From contig DASUDP010000085.1 in assembly GCA_036275535.1 (NCBI GenBank), positions 14,674 through 78,673 on the forward strand: a stretch of 64,000 nt of DNA, read 5' to 3'. The stretch's first letter is position 1. Each line of letters starts with the position of its first letter. The translations under genes and the position numbers were made by a program. Source of the stretch: Acidimicrobiales bacterium (GTDB taxonomy: Bacteria; Actinomycetota; Acidimicrobiia; Acidimicrobiales; VFJN01). The notes under the pieces were generated by a model. The model was not told the origin of the DNA, did not search any database, and was given only the letters and a program-made list of their open reading frames with translations. Positions 52,741 to 63,982 of this stretch are shown in pieces.

Positions 52741-53523
52741 TCAGCCGGACGTGACGCGCTCGGCAAAGGCGACGGTGGCCGATCGCACCTCGGCCTTGTC
52801 GTAGTCGAGCGTGGCCACGTGGTAGCTCTTCTCGAGCCAGAGGCGCTCGACGGGGCCGCTCACCGACGCGGCGATGATGTCGGAGTCCCCGGGGTTGACC
52901 ACGTGGTCCTGCCGGCTCGTGATCACCAGGACCGGGCAGACGATCTCGGCCAGCCGCTCTCGCACGGCGTGGCCGGCCTCGATCATCGAGAGCAGCGGCC
53001 GCAGGGGCGTGTGGTCGTAGCTGACCTCGTCGGCGTCGGGGTCGGCGATGTCGCCCCCGATCGACTCCATGACCTCCGTGCCGGTGTCGAGCAGCTGCTG
53101 CACCCCGACGGCGAGCTCCTCGGGCACCGCTACGGGAGCGTTGATGACGACGATGCCGGCGAGGTCGTGGTGGCGTTCGGCAAGTGCGCAGGTGAGGGCG
53201 GCGCCCATCGACAGCCCGACGACGACGACCCGGCCGCTCGGCGTGCGGTCCCGCAGCTCGGTGAGGGTGCGCTCGGCCTCGGCCAACCAGTCCTCGAACG
53301 AGGTGGGCAGCATGTCCTCGACGTGGGTGCCGTGGCCGGGAAGCCGGGGGAGCTCGACCGCGAAGCCCGCCTCGGCCAGCGCCTCGGCGACCGGGCGCAT
53401 CGACACGGGCGACCCGGTGAAGCCGTGCAGCACCAGCGCACCGTGGGGCCCGCCCGCGGGCGAGGACCACAGCTCACAGCCGGGCAGGACGGGGTGGACG
53501 TCGTCAGCGGGGGTGCGGGCCAT
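52741..53523 (-). CDS. alpha/beta hydrolase (carboxylesterase / monoacylglycerol-lipase-like)
   Basis: LVLHGFTGSP and GLSMGA nucleophile elbow; 260 aa. Start at ATG 53523. Confidence 0.85.
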   Translation of the reverse strand: MARTPADDVHPVLPGCELWSSPAGGPHGALVLHGFTGSPVSMRPVAEALAEAGFAVELPRLPGHGTHVEDMLPTSFEDWLAEAERTLTELRDRTPSGRVVVVGLSMGAALTCALAERHHDLAGIVVINAPVAVPEELAVGVQQLLDTGTEVMESIGGDIADPDADEVSYDHTPLRPLLSMIEAGHAVRERLAEIVCPVLVITSRQDHVVNPGDSDIIAASVSGPVERLWLEKSYHVATLDYDKAEVRSATVAFAERVTSG

Positions 53524-53534
53524 GGCGCTCGACG

Positions 53535-53840
53535 CTACTGGTAGGGGTCGTCCACCTGCTGCGCCTCCCACCAGTCCGGCGGGGCCGGCGACCAGTCCGG
53601 GTCCGGGTAGATGCAGTCCACCGGGCAGGGCTCGACGCACTTCTCGCAGCCGGAGCAGAGCTCGGGGACGATGATGACGTCCATCCCGTGGTTGAAGATG
53701 GCGCCGAACTGCGGCGGGCAGTGGCGGATGCAGGTGTCGCAGTTGATGCAGATCGACATGTCGATCAGGAGCGGCGGGTTCTGCCACTTGGGGTTGCGCT
53801 CGTGGGAGGCCAGGCGCTCCGGCCTGGTCGTGGCGGCCAT
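53535..53840 (-). CDS. 4Fe-4S ferredoxin
   Basis: CINCDTCIRHCP and CSGCEKCVEPCP cluster motifs. Start chosen at ATG 53840. Confidence 0.88.
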   Translation of the reverse strand: MAATTRPERLASHERNPKWQNPPLLIDMSICINCDTCIRHCPPQFGAIFNHGMDVIIVPELCSGCEKCVEPCPVDCIYPDPDWSPAPPDWWEAQQVDDPYQ

Positions 53841-53872
53841 CGGCTCGGAAGGTACCACCCGCCCGAGCGTGA

Positions 53873-53888
53873 TTGACCCTTGGGTCAA
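53873..53888. promoter_or_regulatory. perfect palindrome TTGACCCTTGGGTCAA in the TetR/ferredoxin divergent spacer (candidate TetR operator)
   Basis: 7-bp arms. It is centred in the 67-nt divergent intergenic region. A near-identical site lies at 56778-56793. Confidence 0.5.
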
Positions 53889-53907
53889 GACCGGGCAGGC
53901 TCTCGCC

Positions 53908-54555
53908 GTGGAACCCGATCGCCGGCTGACGGCCCAAGGGCTCGAGCGCAAGCAGCAGCTCATCGACTGCGCCGCCGTGCTCTTCGCCGAGCGTGGCTAC
54001 GCCGAGACGCGTGTCATCGACATCGTGCGGGCGGCCGGCGTGGCCAAGGGCCTGTTCTACTGGTACTTCGAGAACAAGGAAGCCCTGTTCAAGGACCTCG
54101 CCGAGAACATCCGCCTCCAGCTCCGCCGGGAGCAGGGCAAGGTGCTCGACGCAGACGCCCTCCCGCTGGTGAACCTCTACCGGGGGGCCCAGGCGTCGGT
54201 GCTGTTCATGGCGGAGCACGCCCACTTCTTCTCGATGCTCGAGGTGGAGGGGCGCAACTTCGGCGAGGTGATGCGCGAGGGGACGCGCCAGCACATCGAC
54301 GACATGGTCCGCATCGTGCGCGCCGGGCAGGCCGACGGGACGATCCGCGAGGACGACCCCCGTCTCCTGGCCGTCGGTGTCGTGGCCTGTGTGGGGCAGT
54401 TCTCCCACTTCCACCGCAACGCCAAGATCGGCGAACCGCTGCCCCAGCTGGCCGCCTTCGTCGGCCGGTACGTCGTCCACTCCCTTGCCGCCGACGACCA
54501 CGCCCGCGAGGCCGCCCTCCGCACCGCCCAGGCCCTCACCCCCGCCCCCCTCTGA
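53908..54555 (+). CDS. TetR-family transcriptional regulator
   Basis: LIDCAAVLFAERGYAETRVIDIVRAAGVAKGLFYWYFENKEALF. In-frame GTG at 53908 chosen. Confidence 0.85.
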   Translation: MEPDRRLTAQGLERKQQLIDCAAVLFAERGYAETRVIDIVRAAGVAKGLFYWYFENKEALFKDLAENIRLQLRREQGKVLDADALPLVNLYRGAQASVLFMAEHAHFFSMLEVEGRNFGEVMREGTRQHIDDMVRIVRAGQADGTIREDDPRLLAVGVVACVGQFSHFHRNAKIGEPLPQLAAFVGRYVVHSLAADDHAREAALRTAQALTPAPL

Positions 54556-54568
54556 CCCTGCCCCGGCC

Positions 54569-54621
54569 CGAACCCGCGGTCAGAGCTCTCGGTTGTCGAG
54601 CAACAACGACCGCAGGTTCGG
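54569..54621 (-). repeat. repeat family 2, copy C (reverse orientation, more diverged loop)
   Basis: The reverse complement CGAACCTGCGGTCGTTGTTGCTCGACAACCGAGAGCTCTGACCGCGGGTTCG aligns with copy A. Confidence 0.75.
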
Positions 54622-54722
54622 GCGGGGCGGCGAGGCCGGCCGGGGTTCCTGCACGAACAGTGCAATTGGGGTGCTACCGTCCTGGTGGCAGCAACTGCAC
54701 CGACCCTTGGAGGAGCCCGACC

Positions 54723-55136
54723 GTGGCTGACAAGTACCCCTTCCTGTCCGACGAGTGGCTCGAGGCCGCCAAGAAGATCCGCGAGGAGAGCGCCGGCTCC
54801 GCCGCCGCCCCCGCCCACTCGGTGCGGATGAACCAGATCATCACCGAGGTGCCCTTCGGCGAGGGCACGATCAACGCCCACATGGACACGTCCGGGGGCG
54901 AGATGCAGATGGACATGGGCCACCTCGAGAACCCGGATCTCACGGTGACGCTCGACTACAACACGGCCAAGGCCCTCCTCGTCGACGGCAACCCGCAGGC
55001 CGGGATGCAGGCCTTCATGGCCGGCAAGATCAAGGTGCAGGGCGACATGACCAAGATGATGGCCATGCAGCAGGGCACCCCCGATCCCGCCGCCGCCGAG
55101 GTCGCCGCCAAGATCAAGGAGATCACGGCCGACTGA
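54723..55136 (+). CDS. SCP2 sterol-binding-domain protein
   Basis: 137 aa. FLSDEWLEAAKK...ALLVDGNPQAGMQAFMAGKIKVQGDMTKMMAMQ. GTG start with SD GGAGGAG. Confidence 0.8.
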   Translation: MADKYPFLSDEWLEAAKKIREESAGSAAAPAHSVRMNQIITEVPFGEGTINAHMDTSGGEMQMDMGHLENPDLTVTLDYNTAKALLVDGNPQAGMQAFMAGKIKVQGDMTKMMAMQQGTPDPAAAEVAAKIKEITAD

Positions 55137-55148
55137 CCCGTCCGACAC

Positions 55149-55201
55149 CGAACCTGCGGCTGTTCTTGCGCCAGAACCGGCAAGAACGACCGCGGGTTCG
55201 G
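55149..55201 (+). repeat. repeat family 2, copy D
   Basis: CGAACCTGCGGCTGTTCTTGCGCCAGAACCGGCAAGAACGACCGCGGGTTCGG lies between the convergent SCP2 and MFS genes. Confidence 0.85.
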
Positions 55202-55229
55202 TGAGGGGGGTGGGTGGCCCGGGGGCGTC

Positions 55230-56762
55230 TCAGCGGGCGACCACCGGCTCCGGATCCCGTTCGAGGGCGCCCTGCGGGGCGCCCTCGGCGCGCCGGGGGC
55301 TGGACCGCACGAACATCGAGGTGACGATGCCGAGGGCGGCCACCGCCCCACCCACGAGGTAGGCCTCGCTGTAGGCGCCGACCGAGCCGGCGGCCGAGGC
55401 CCGCACCACCGACACGGTCTGCATCACCTGGATGCCGATGACCACGCCCAGCTGGGTCATCATCTGCTGGAACGCGCCAGCCACCCCGAGGTCCTCCTCC
55501 GCCACGGAGTTGGCGATGGAGGCGGCGAGCGCGGGGGCCGAGGCCCCGATGCCGATGCCCGACAGGGCCAGCGCCCCGATGATCACGAGGTCCGTCGAGC
55601 CGGGCTCGATCGTCGACAGGGCGAGCATCGACACGGCGATGAAGGCGGCACCGACGACGGCCGAGGTGCGCTCCCCCACCCGGACCGCGATGTAGCCGGC
55701 CAGCGGACCGGTGATGGCAAAGGCCAGGGGCCGGGCGATCATCAGCCCGCCGACCCTCGTCTCCGGGTAGCCGAACTCGGACTCCAGGAAGAGCGGGGTT
55801 ATCACGAAGCCGCCCATGTAGGCGAAGTTGGTGAAGGTCTGCGTGATGATGGCGAAGCTGAAGTTGCGGTGGCGGACGTAGGCCAGCGGCAGGAGCGGGT
55901 TGGCGATGCGCCGCTCCACCACGAAGAAGGCGGCGACGGCCACCGGAGCGAGCACGAAGCCCGTCACGATCATCGGGTCGGACCACCCGAAGCTCGGTCC
56001 CCGGTTGATGGCGAAGAGCAGCGAGGTGGCCCCCAGGGCCAGGGCGATGGCGCCGACGTAGTCGAACGGCACCCGGTCCCGACGGTCGGTCTCGGGGAGC
56101 ACCAGCATGGCCAGCAGCAGGCCGGTCAGCGTCAGGGGCACCTGGGCGACGAAGATCCAGCGCCACCCGAACGTCTCGACGATGGGCCCGCCGGCGACGA
56201 CACCGATCACCGGGCCGCCGGCGCCGACCATCGACCAGTAGCCCATGGCCTGCACCCGGCGCTCGGGCGGGAAGAGGCGGTTGATGACGGCGATCGACGC
56301 CGGCCCCACCGCGGCGCCGGTGGCCGCCCCCAGGGTGCGGAAGGCGATCAGGGCGCCGGCGCTCCAGGCGGCCGCCGTCAGCGCGGCGAACAGCGACACG
56401 CACAGCATCGACATCCCGTAGACGCGGCGGTGGCCGTAGAGGTCGCCCAGCTTCCCCGCCGCCGGGCCGACCACCGCGAAGGCGAGGAGGGGGCCGGTGA
56501 CCACCCAGGTCACCGTGCTGGCGTCGCTGTGCAGCTCCTCGGCGATCCGGGGGACGGAGACCGACAGGATCGTGATCGTGAAGCCGACCGAGAACAGCCC
56601 GAAGAGGGCAGCGGCGAGCACGACCCACGGGTACCGCGGGCTGCCGGCCACCCGGCCGTGGACCCGTTGGCGCAGGAGGAGCGGCCAGGGGACGACCTGG
56701 ATCTCATCGGCGCCCGGCGCGTCGATCGACAGCTCGTCGACGTGCTCGCCCGGGCCGGCCAT
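55230..56762 (-). CDS. MFS transporter, 14-TMS DHA2 (EmrB/QacA-like) drug:H+ antiporter type
   Basis: 510 aa with the GKLGDLYGHRRV motif and 14 hydrophobic segments by eye. Confidence 0.88.
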   Translation of the reverse strand: MAGPGEHVDELSIDAPGADEIQVVPWPLLLRQRVHGRVAGSPRYPWVVLAAALFGLFSVGFTITILSVSVPRIAEELHSDASTVTWVVTGPLLAFAVVGPAAGKLGDLYGHRRVYGMSMLCVSLFAALTAAAWSAGALIAFRTLGAATGAAVGPASIAVINRLFPPERRVQAMGYWSMVGAGGPVIGVVAGGPIVETFGWRWIFVAQVPLTLTGLLLAMLVLPETDRRDRVPFDYVGAIALALGATSLLFAINRGPSFGWSDPMIVTGFVLAPVAVAAFFVVERRIANPLLPLAYVRHRNFSFAIITQTFTNFAYMGGFVITPLFLESEFGYPETRVGGLMIARPLAFAITGPLAGYIAVRVGERTSAVVGAAFIAVSMLALSTIEPGSTDLVIIGALALSGIGIGASAPALAASIANSVAEEDLGVAGAFQQMMTQLGVVIGIQVMQTVSVVRASAAGSVGAYSEAYLVGGAVAALGIVTSMFVRSSPRRAEGAPQGALERDPEPVVAR

Positions 56763-56777
56763 GGCGTCGGAGGCTAC

Positions 56778-56793
56778 TTGACCCGCTGGTCAA
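56778..56793. promoter_or_regulatory. palindrome TTGACCCGCTGGTCAA 16 nt upstream of the DHA2 MFS start (candidate TetR operator)
   Basis: 13 of 16 positions are identical to the palindrome at 53873-53888. The outer arms TTGACC/GGTCAA are identical. Confidence 0.4.
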
Positions 56794-56949
56794 TCCTTCA
56801 CGGCGATTCGCCCCGCCCACGGCTCCGATCGCGGCAGCGCCCGACCGGCTGGGGCGGCGGCCTCATCGCGGCGGCTGGGGAACGCCACGTCCAGCACACC
56901 GCCCCAGCGGGTCGGGCAGTGGCCTCACGATACACCCGCGCCGGTCGGG

Positions 56950-58920
56950 TCAGCGCTTCAGGTAGAGCGTGACCGTGGTGCCGCGCTTGACGGTGGTCCC
57001 GGCCGGCGGGTCGGTGACGTAGGCGGTGTGGCCGCCAGGGGGGCCCGTCACCTGACCCACGGTCAGGCCCGCCTTCTGGAGGGCGTCGATGGCCTGGTCC
57101 TCCGTCATCCCCTCGACCTTGGGGACCGAGACGATGTCGGGGCCCTTCGAGATGACCACCTCGACGGTGCCGCCGCGCTCCACCTGCTGGCCCTCGCCGG
57201 GGCGCAGCCCCATGACCCTGCCCTTCTCTACCGTGTCGCTGAACTCCTCGACCTTGCTGGCCTTCAGCTGCTCGCCCTCGAGGGCGGCCTTGGCCTGCTC
57301 GAAGGTCCCTCCCACCAGGCCGGCGGGGACGGTGCGCGGCGCCGGGCCCTTCGACACGGTGAGCAGCACCTCGCTGCCCTTGGGCTGGTCGCCGGAGGTC
57401 TCCGGCGCCACGGCCATCACGGTGCCGGCGGGCACCGACTCGTCGAAGGGCTCGTCGACCACCTTGGGCACGAAGCCGCCGGCCGCCTGGAGCGCGGCGG
57501 TGGCGTCGTCCAGGGTCTTGCCGACGAGATCGCCGGGGACGGCGGCCAGCTCGTTGCCCAGGGACACCCAGATGACGAGCGTGTCGCCCTTCTCGAGCTG
57601 CTGGCCGGTGGCCGGCTCCGTGCGCAGGACCTCCCCGGGCGTGGACCCGTCGCGGCGGTCGGTGCGGCGGTCGATCTCCCACCCGTAGCCGTCGACGGCC
57701 CGCCGGGCGGCGTCCTCGCTCAGCCCGACGAGGACCGGCACCTCGTAGCGGGGCGGCCGGCTGGCCACCACGGCCCAGGCCGCCGCGGTGCCGAGCAGGG
57801 CGGCGAGCAGCACGACGGCCAGGACGACGGGCCAGCGCCGGCGGCTTCGAGCCGGGCCGTCGGTGGCGACGAGGGCGTCGTCGACGGGCGGCGGGGCCAG
57901 CGGGGCGCCGGCGCGCGTCGGGGCCTGGTCGACGGCGGTGAGGTCGACGCTCGTCTCGTCACCGGCCTCGGCCAGCCGGGACGGGGCGAGGTCCGCAGCC
58001 GCACCGGTGGCCAGGCCGAGCATGGTGGCGTCGTTGCCGTGACCGCTGAGGTCGACGACCGGCGCGGAGCGCTGGAGGGGCAGCGGCTCGGGCCTGGGCA
58101 GGGCCTCGGCGCTGGCCATGAGGGCGATGGCGAGGGCACCGGCGTCGGGCCGGTCGGCGGGGTCGGGCAGACCGGCCTGCAGCAGGGGCTTGCGCAGCGG
58201 GCCGAGCGACTCGGGTACCGGCACCGGCTTGCCCACCCGGGCCATCAACGTGGCGATCGTGGTGTCGGCGGTGAACGGCACCGTGCCCGTGACGGCCTCC
58301 ACGAGCACCAGCCCGAGGGAGTAGACGTCGGCCTTGCCGTCGACGGACTCGCCCTGGGCCTGCTCCGGTGAGGCGTACCGGGCGGTGCCCATCACGGCGC
58401 CCTGCGGCTCCGTCCAGGCCGCCTCGGCCAGCGCCCGGGCCAGCCCGAAGTCGGCCACCCGCAGCCGCCCGTCCTCCCCGAAGAGCAGGTTGGCGGGCTT
58501 GATGTCGCGGTGCACGAAGCCGCGACGGTGGGCGTAGTCGAGGGCCCGGGTGGCCTCGAGGCCCACCAGCAGGGCCTGCGACGGCGTGAGCCGGCCGCCC
58601 TCGTCGAGGATGCTGCGCAGGCTGCCCCCGCCGAGGTGCTCGGTCACGATGTAGGGCGACCCCCCGTCCTCGCCCCAGTCGTAGACGGCGACGATGTTGG
58701 GGTGGCTCAGGGCGGCGGCCGACTGGGCCTCGGCCCGGAACCGGCGGAGGAAGGTCTCGTCGTCGGCCAAGGCGGCGTGGAGGATCTTGACGGCTACGCG
58801 ACGGCGCAGGCGGACGTCGTCGGCCAGGTAGACCTGGGCCGACGCGCCGGTGCCGAGGGGGGCGATCAGCCGGTATCGCCCGCTCAGCACGCGACCGATC
58901 TGGTCCGTCAAGCGGGACAT
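56950..58920 (-). CDS. Ser/Thr protein kinase with four extracellular PASTA domains
   Basis: Hanks kinase motifs (GTGASAQVY, VAVK, HRDIKPANLL, DFG, SPEQ), one TM segment and four PASTA-like repeats. Start at ATG 58920. Confidence 0.92.
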   Translation of the reverse strand: MSRLTDQIGRVLSGRYRLIAPLGTGASAQVYLADDVRLRRRVAVKILHAALADDETFLRRFRAEAQSAAALSHPNIVAVYDWGEDGGSPYIVTEHLGGGSLRSILDEGGRLTPSQALLVGLEATRALDYAHRRGFVHRDIKPANLLFGEDGRLRVADFGLARALAEAAWTEPQGAVMGTARYASPEQAQGESVDGKADVYSLGLVLVEAVTGTVPFTADTTIATLMARVGKPVPVPESLGPLRKPLLQAGLPDPADRPDAGALAIALMASAEALPRPEPLPLQRSAPVVDLSGHGNDATMLGLATGAAADLAPSRLAEAGDETSVDLTAVDQAPTRAGAPLAPPPVDDALVATDGPARSRRRWPVVLAVVLLAALLGTAAAWAVVASRPPRYEVPVLVGLSEDAARRAVDGYGWEIDRRTDRRDGSTPGEVLRTEPATGQQLEKGDTLVIWVSLGNELAAVPGDLVGKTLDDATAALQAAGGFVPKVVDEPFDESVPAGTVMAVAPETSGDQPKGSEVLLTVSKGPAPRTVPAGLVGGTFEQAKAALEGEQLKASKVEEFSDTVEKGRVMGLRPGEGQQVERGGTVEVVISKGPDIVSVPKVEGMTEDQAIDALQKAGLTVGQVTGPPGGHTAYVTDPPAGTTVKRGTTVTLYLKR

Positions 58921-59037
58921 CACCACGCAGCGAGGGTACCTGGTGGCCTCCGCGGCCCCGTGCACCCCCTCCGTTCCGGGGGCGGGGAGGAGCGGTGATG
59001 GCGGATCCGGCCCCCGCAGCGGCCAGACTGGCCAGCG

Positions 59038-59421
59038 ATGGATCGTCCCGCCGAGCCTGCTGCCGGTCCGGCCCTCGCCCGTCCGTGGACGCTCTCGGCC
59101 GCCGTCGGCGTGGTCAGCCTGGAGGCGCTCGTGGAGGCGGTGGCGGTCGCCGGCCGGTCCAGCCTCACGCCGGGGCTGCGGACCGGGCTCGTGCTGTGCA
59201 TCGCCCTCAAGTGGCTCTTCGCCTGGCGGGTGCTGCATCTGAGCGCCGGTGCCGCCCTCGGCCTGCTCCTGCTGGAGGGCACCACCGTGGTGGCCGCCCT
59301 CGGCGCCGTCGGCGCCGCCTCCGGCGCCCGGCTGGCGCTGGCCGTCACCGCCGTCGCCGTGCTCTGGCTGCTCTTCGCCTCACTGCACGCCTTCCCATCG
59401 CCCGTCCTCCCCAAGGCCTGA
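59038..59421 (+). CDS. hypothetical small membrane protein
   Basis: 127 aa with 3-4 hydrophobic segments. No recognisable family. Confidence 0.45.
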   Translation: MDRPAEPAAGPALARPWTLSAAVGVVSLEALVEAVAVAGRSSLTPGLRTGLVLCIALKWLFAWRVLHLSAGAALGLLLLEGTTVVAALGAVGAASGARLALAVTAVAVLWLLFASLHAFPSPVLPKA

Positions 59422-59437
59422 CCTCGTTCGAGGAACC

Positions 59438-59902
59438 GTGACCGAACCCACCCCCGGCGAGCCCCGCCTCGTCCCCCGTCCGTCGAGCTGGCGCTACCGC
59501 GCCGTCGTCACACTGGCGGTGCTGGCCGCCATCGCCGCCCTCGTCGTGGGGGTGCGCGCCACCCAGACCGAGTCCGATCTGCCGGCCACGGTGAACGGCC
59601 GGCCCGACGTCGTCGAGCACCTCTACCCCCGCAACGGCGCCGAGGTCCTCCGCCAGGTGGAGGTGGGCGTGGACCTGGCCGCCGGCTACGAGGGGGCGCT
59701 GGTCGTCAACGACACCCCCATCCCCGAGGGCGAGCTGCGCCTCGTGCCCGAGCAGAACCAGGTGTTCTTCACCCCCGGGCCCGGCCGGAGCGTCGAGACC
59801 CTGCCGCCGGGGACGAACTGCGTGACCGTGGTGGCGTGGAAGTCCTCCGAGGGGCGCAGCGCCAACGACCTCTCGTTCCGGTGGTGCTTCGACGCGACCT
59901 GA
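59438..59902 (+). CDS. hypothetical membrane-anchored protein
   Basis: 154 aa from in-frame GTG 59438. One TM segment (AVVTLAVLAAIAALVVGV), then a soluble domain with 2 Cys. Confidence 0.55.
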   Translation: MTEPTPGEPRLVPRPSSWRYRAVVTLAVLAAIAALVVGVRATQTESDLPATVNGRPDVVEHLYPRNGAEVLRQVEVGVDLAAGYEGALVVNDTPIPEGELRLVPEQNQVFFTPGPGRSVETLPPGTNCVTVVAWKSSEGRSANDLSFRWCFDAT

Positions 59903-59911
59903 CGCTGCCGG

Positions 59912-61996
<2,085 letters not shown>

Positions 61997-63004
61997 TCAG
62001 GCGCCGACGGTGAGGCGCATCCCCTGGGCCTGCGTCTGCAGCCGGCGAGCGACCTGGCCCGTGAGCGACAGGATCGAGTCGGCCTGGCCCGGGGCGTGGC
62101 CCGCCAGCCCGCAGGCGGGGGTGATCAGGGCCTGCTCTCGCAGCAGCACCGGGTCGCAACCGCCCTGGGTGAGCCCGCACCACTCGGCGGAGAGGTGCTC
62201 CCACAGCCGGGCGGCCGACGAGCCGAGGGGACCGCTGGTGGGCACCGCCCCCCAGGCGACGTGGCCGCCGTTGTCGAGGAAGGTCCCGAGGGCGCCGGCG
62301 TGGGCCTCGACGCCCATCCCGACCGGCAGCGAGAGGATCTGGGCGCCGGCCTGCAGGACAAGGCGCCAGTCGGCCGGTCCGCAGCAGTGCAGCCCGGTGA
62401 TGGCGTGGGGCTCGAGCGCGGCCAGCGCGCCGGACACGAGGTCGATGCTGCGATCCGGGGCCAGCGGGAACCCCCGGTGCATGGCGGCGGCCAGGCCGGG
62501 CTCGTCCACGAAGACGACCAGCGGCGCCTGCGGGGCGCTCTGCCGGGCGGCGGCGACGAGGGCGAGGGCCCGATCGCGCACGGCGGCCCCGGCCACGGCG
62601 AAGGCCCGCTTCGGAGCCACCCCTACTGCGTGGAGGGCGAGGCCGAGGGTGACAGGACCCGTGAGCTGGAGCTTGAACGGCCCCCGACGACCGGCCACCG
62701 CACCGAGGAAGGCTCGCAGCGCCACGAAGGGCTCGCCGTCGATGCCCTGCGCCACGAGCGGCGCGGCAGGGTCCAGGCGGGGGTCGTCGACCTGCAGGGA
62801 CCCGTCCGGCAGCACCTCCACGCCGGCGATCCCCCAGGCCGCCTGGGCCACCATGCGCTCGAACCCGGAGCGGTTCGGCAACGAGGGCGCGGCGGGCAGG
62901 CGGGGCTGGCGCTCGATGGCGAAGGCGGCCGCGGCCCGGGGATCGGTGTGCGGCAGGCTCCCGATCGACGTCGCGATCCCGCGGACGACCTGGACGTCCT
63001 TCAT
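61997..63004 (-). CDS. cobalamin-independent methionine synthase (MetE C-terminal)-like / URO-D-like family protein
   Basis: 335 aa. IGSLPHTDP at the N-terminus and HCCG, ITPACGLA near the C-terminus resemble the MetE catalytic-domain fold. This position next to ligA is conserved in Actinobacteria, from memory. Confidence 0.6.
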   Translation of the reverse strand: MKDVQVVRGIATSIGSLPHTDPRAAAAFAIERQPRLPAAPSLPNRSGFERMVAQAAWGIAGVEVLPDGSLQVDDPRLDPAAPLVAQGIDGEPFVALRAFLGAVAGRRGPFKLQLTGPVTLGLALHAVGVAPKRAFAVAGAAVRDRALALVAAARQSAPQAPLVVFVDEPGLAAAMHRGFPLAPDRSIDLVSGALAALEPHAITGLHCCGPADWRLVLQAGAQILSLPVGMGVEAHAGALGTFLDNGGHVAWGAVPTSGPLGSSAARLWEHLSAEWCGLTQGGCDPVLLREQALITPACGLAGHAPGQADSILSLTGQVARRLQTQAQGMRLTVGA

Positions 63005-63106
63005 CGTCGTGTGGTCCCCACCACGGCTACCTGCACGTCTGCTCCCCCGTTCACCTCCTCATGGAATAGCGATCGTCATGCCTGGTAGGCAAATCTCATC
63101 GCTGCC

Positions 63107-63982
63107 ATGCAGCAGCTCCTCTCCGGCCCCTGGCCCGTCCGGATCACCTGGCTCCTCCTCCCCCTGTGCGTGGGCCCCGCGCTGGGCGACGCCCTGGCGG
63201 GGTCGAGCCGAGCGATCGAGGTGATCGGCGCGGTCCTGGCCTGGGGGACGTGGGCGAAGGTGCTCGTGGCGGTGCTCATCCCCCGCACCGTGGGCCTCAC
63301 GGCGCTGCGAATCGTCGCCCCGCTCGGCCTCGTCGTGTCGGTCTGGGCGGGGCTGGTGGGCGACCGCGGGGGCGCCGACGTGGTGGCCGTGGCCTGGGCC
63401 GCCCTCACCGCAGTGGCCGCCTTCGCGCCGGCCACGGGCGACGCGTTCGTGAACGGCTCCTCCTACGGCGACGAGCGGCGCATGCCCCTGCGGGTGCCGG
63501 CGTCCCTGCTGCTCGCTCCGCTCCCGCTCACCTGGGCCGCGGCCGTGGCCGCGCCGGTCGCCGCCCCCCTCCTCCTCGGCGCCCGCCAGTGGGTGGCCGG
63601 CGGGATCGTGGTGGTGCTCGGCACGCCGGCGGCGGCGGTCGCCATCCGGGCGCTGCACGGCCTCAGCCGCCGCTGGGTGGTGTTCGTACCGGCCGGCCTC
63701 GTCCTCCACGACCACCAGGCCCTCGTCGACCCGGTCCTGTTCCCCCGGCCCTCGATCCGGCACCTCGGTCCCGCCCCGGCTGACCCGTCGGACGCCTACG
63801 ACCTCACGCAGGGCGCGCTCGGCCTGGCCCTCGAGCTGGACCTCGTGGAGCCGCTCGACATCGGGCCCCGGCGGGCGAACCGCTCGCTCGAGCTCGAACG
63901 GGTGGGGGCTGTGCTGTTCACCCCCACCCGCCCGGGGGAGCTTCTCCAGGAGGCGGCCCGGCGGCGCATCGCCGTCGGGTGA
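63107..63982 (+). CDS. hypothetical polytopic membrane protein with a C-terminal soluble domain
   Basis: 291 aa with about 5 hydrophobic segments. No family recognised. Confidence 0.5.
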   Translation: MQQLLSGPWPVRITWLLLPLCVGPALGDALAGSSRAIEVIGAVLAWGTWAKVLVAVLIPRTVGLTALRIVAPLGLVVSVWAGLVGDRGGADVVAVAWAALTAVAAFAPATGDAFVNGSSYGDERRMPLRVPASLLLAPLPLTWAAAVAAPVAAPLLLGARQWVAGGIVVVLGTPAAAVAIRALHGLSRRWVVFVPAGLVLHDHQALVDPVLFPRPSIRHLGPAPADPSDAYDLTQGALGLALELDLVEPLDIGPRRANRSLELERVGAVLFTPTRPGELLQEAARRRIAVG

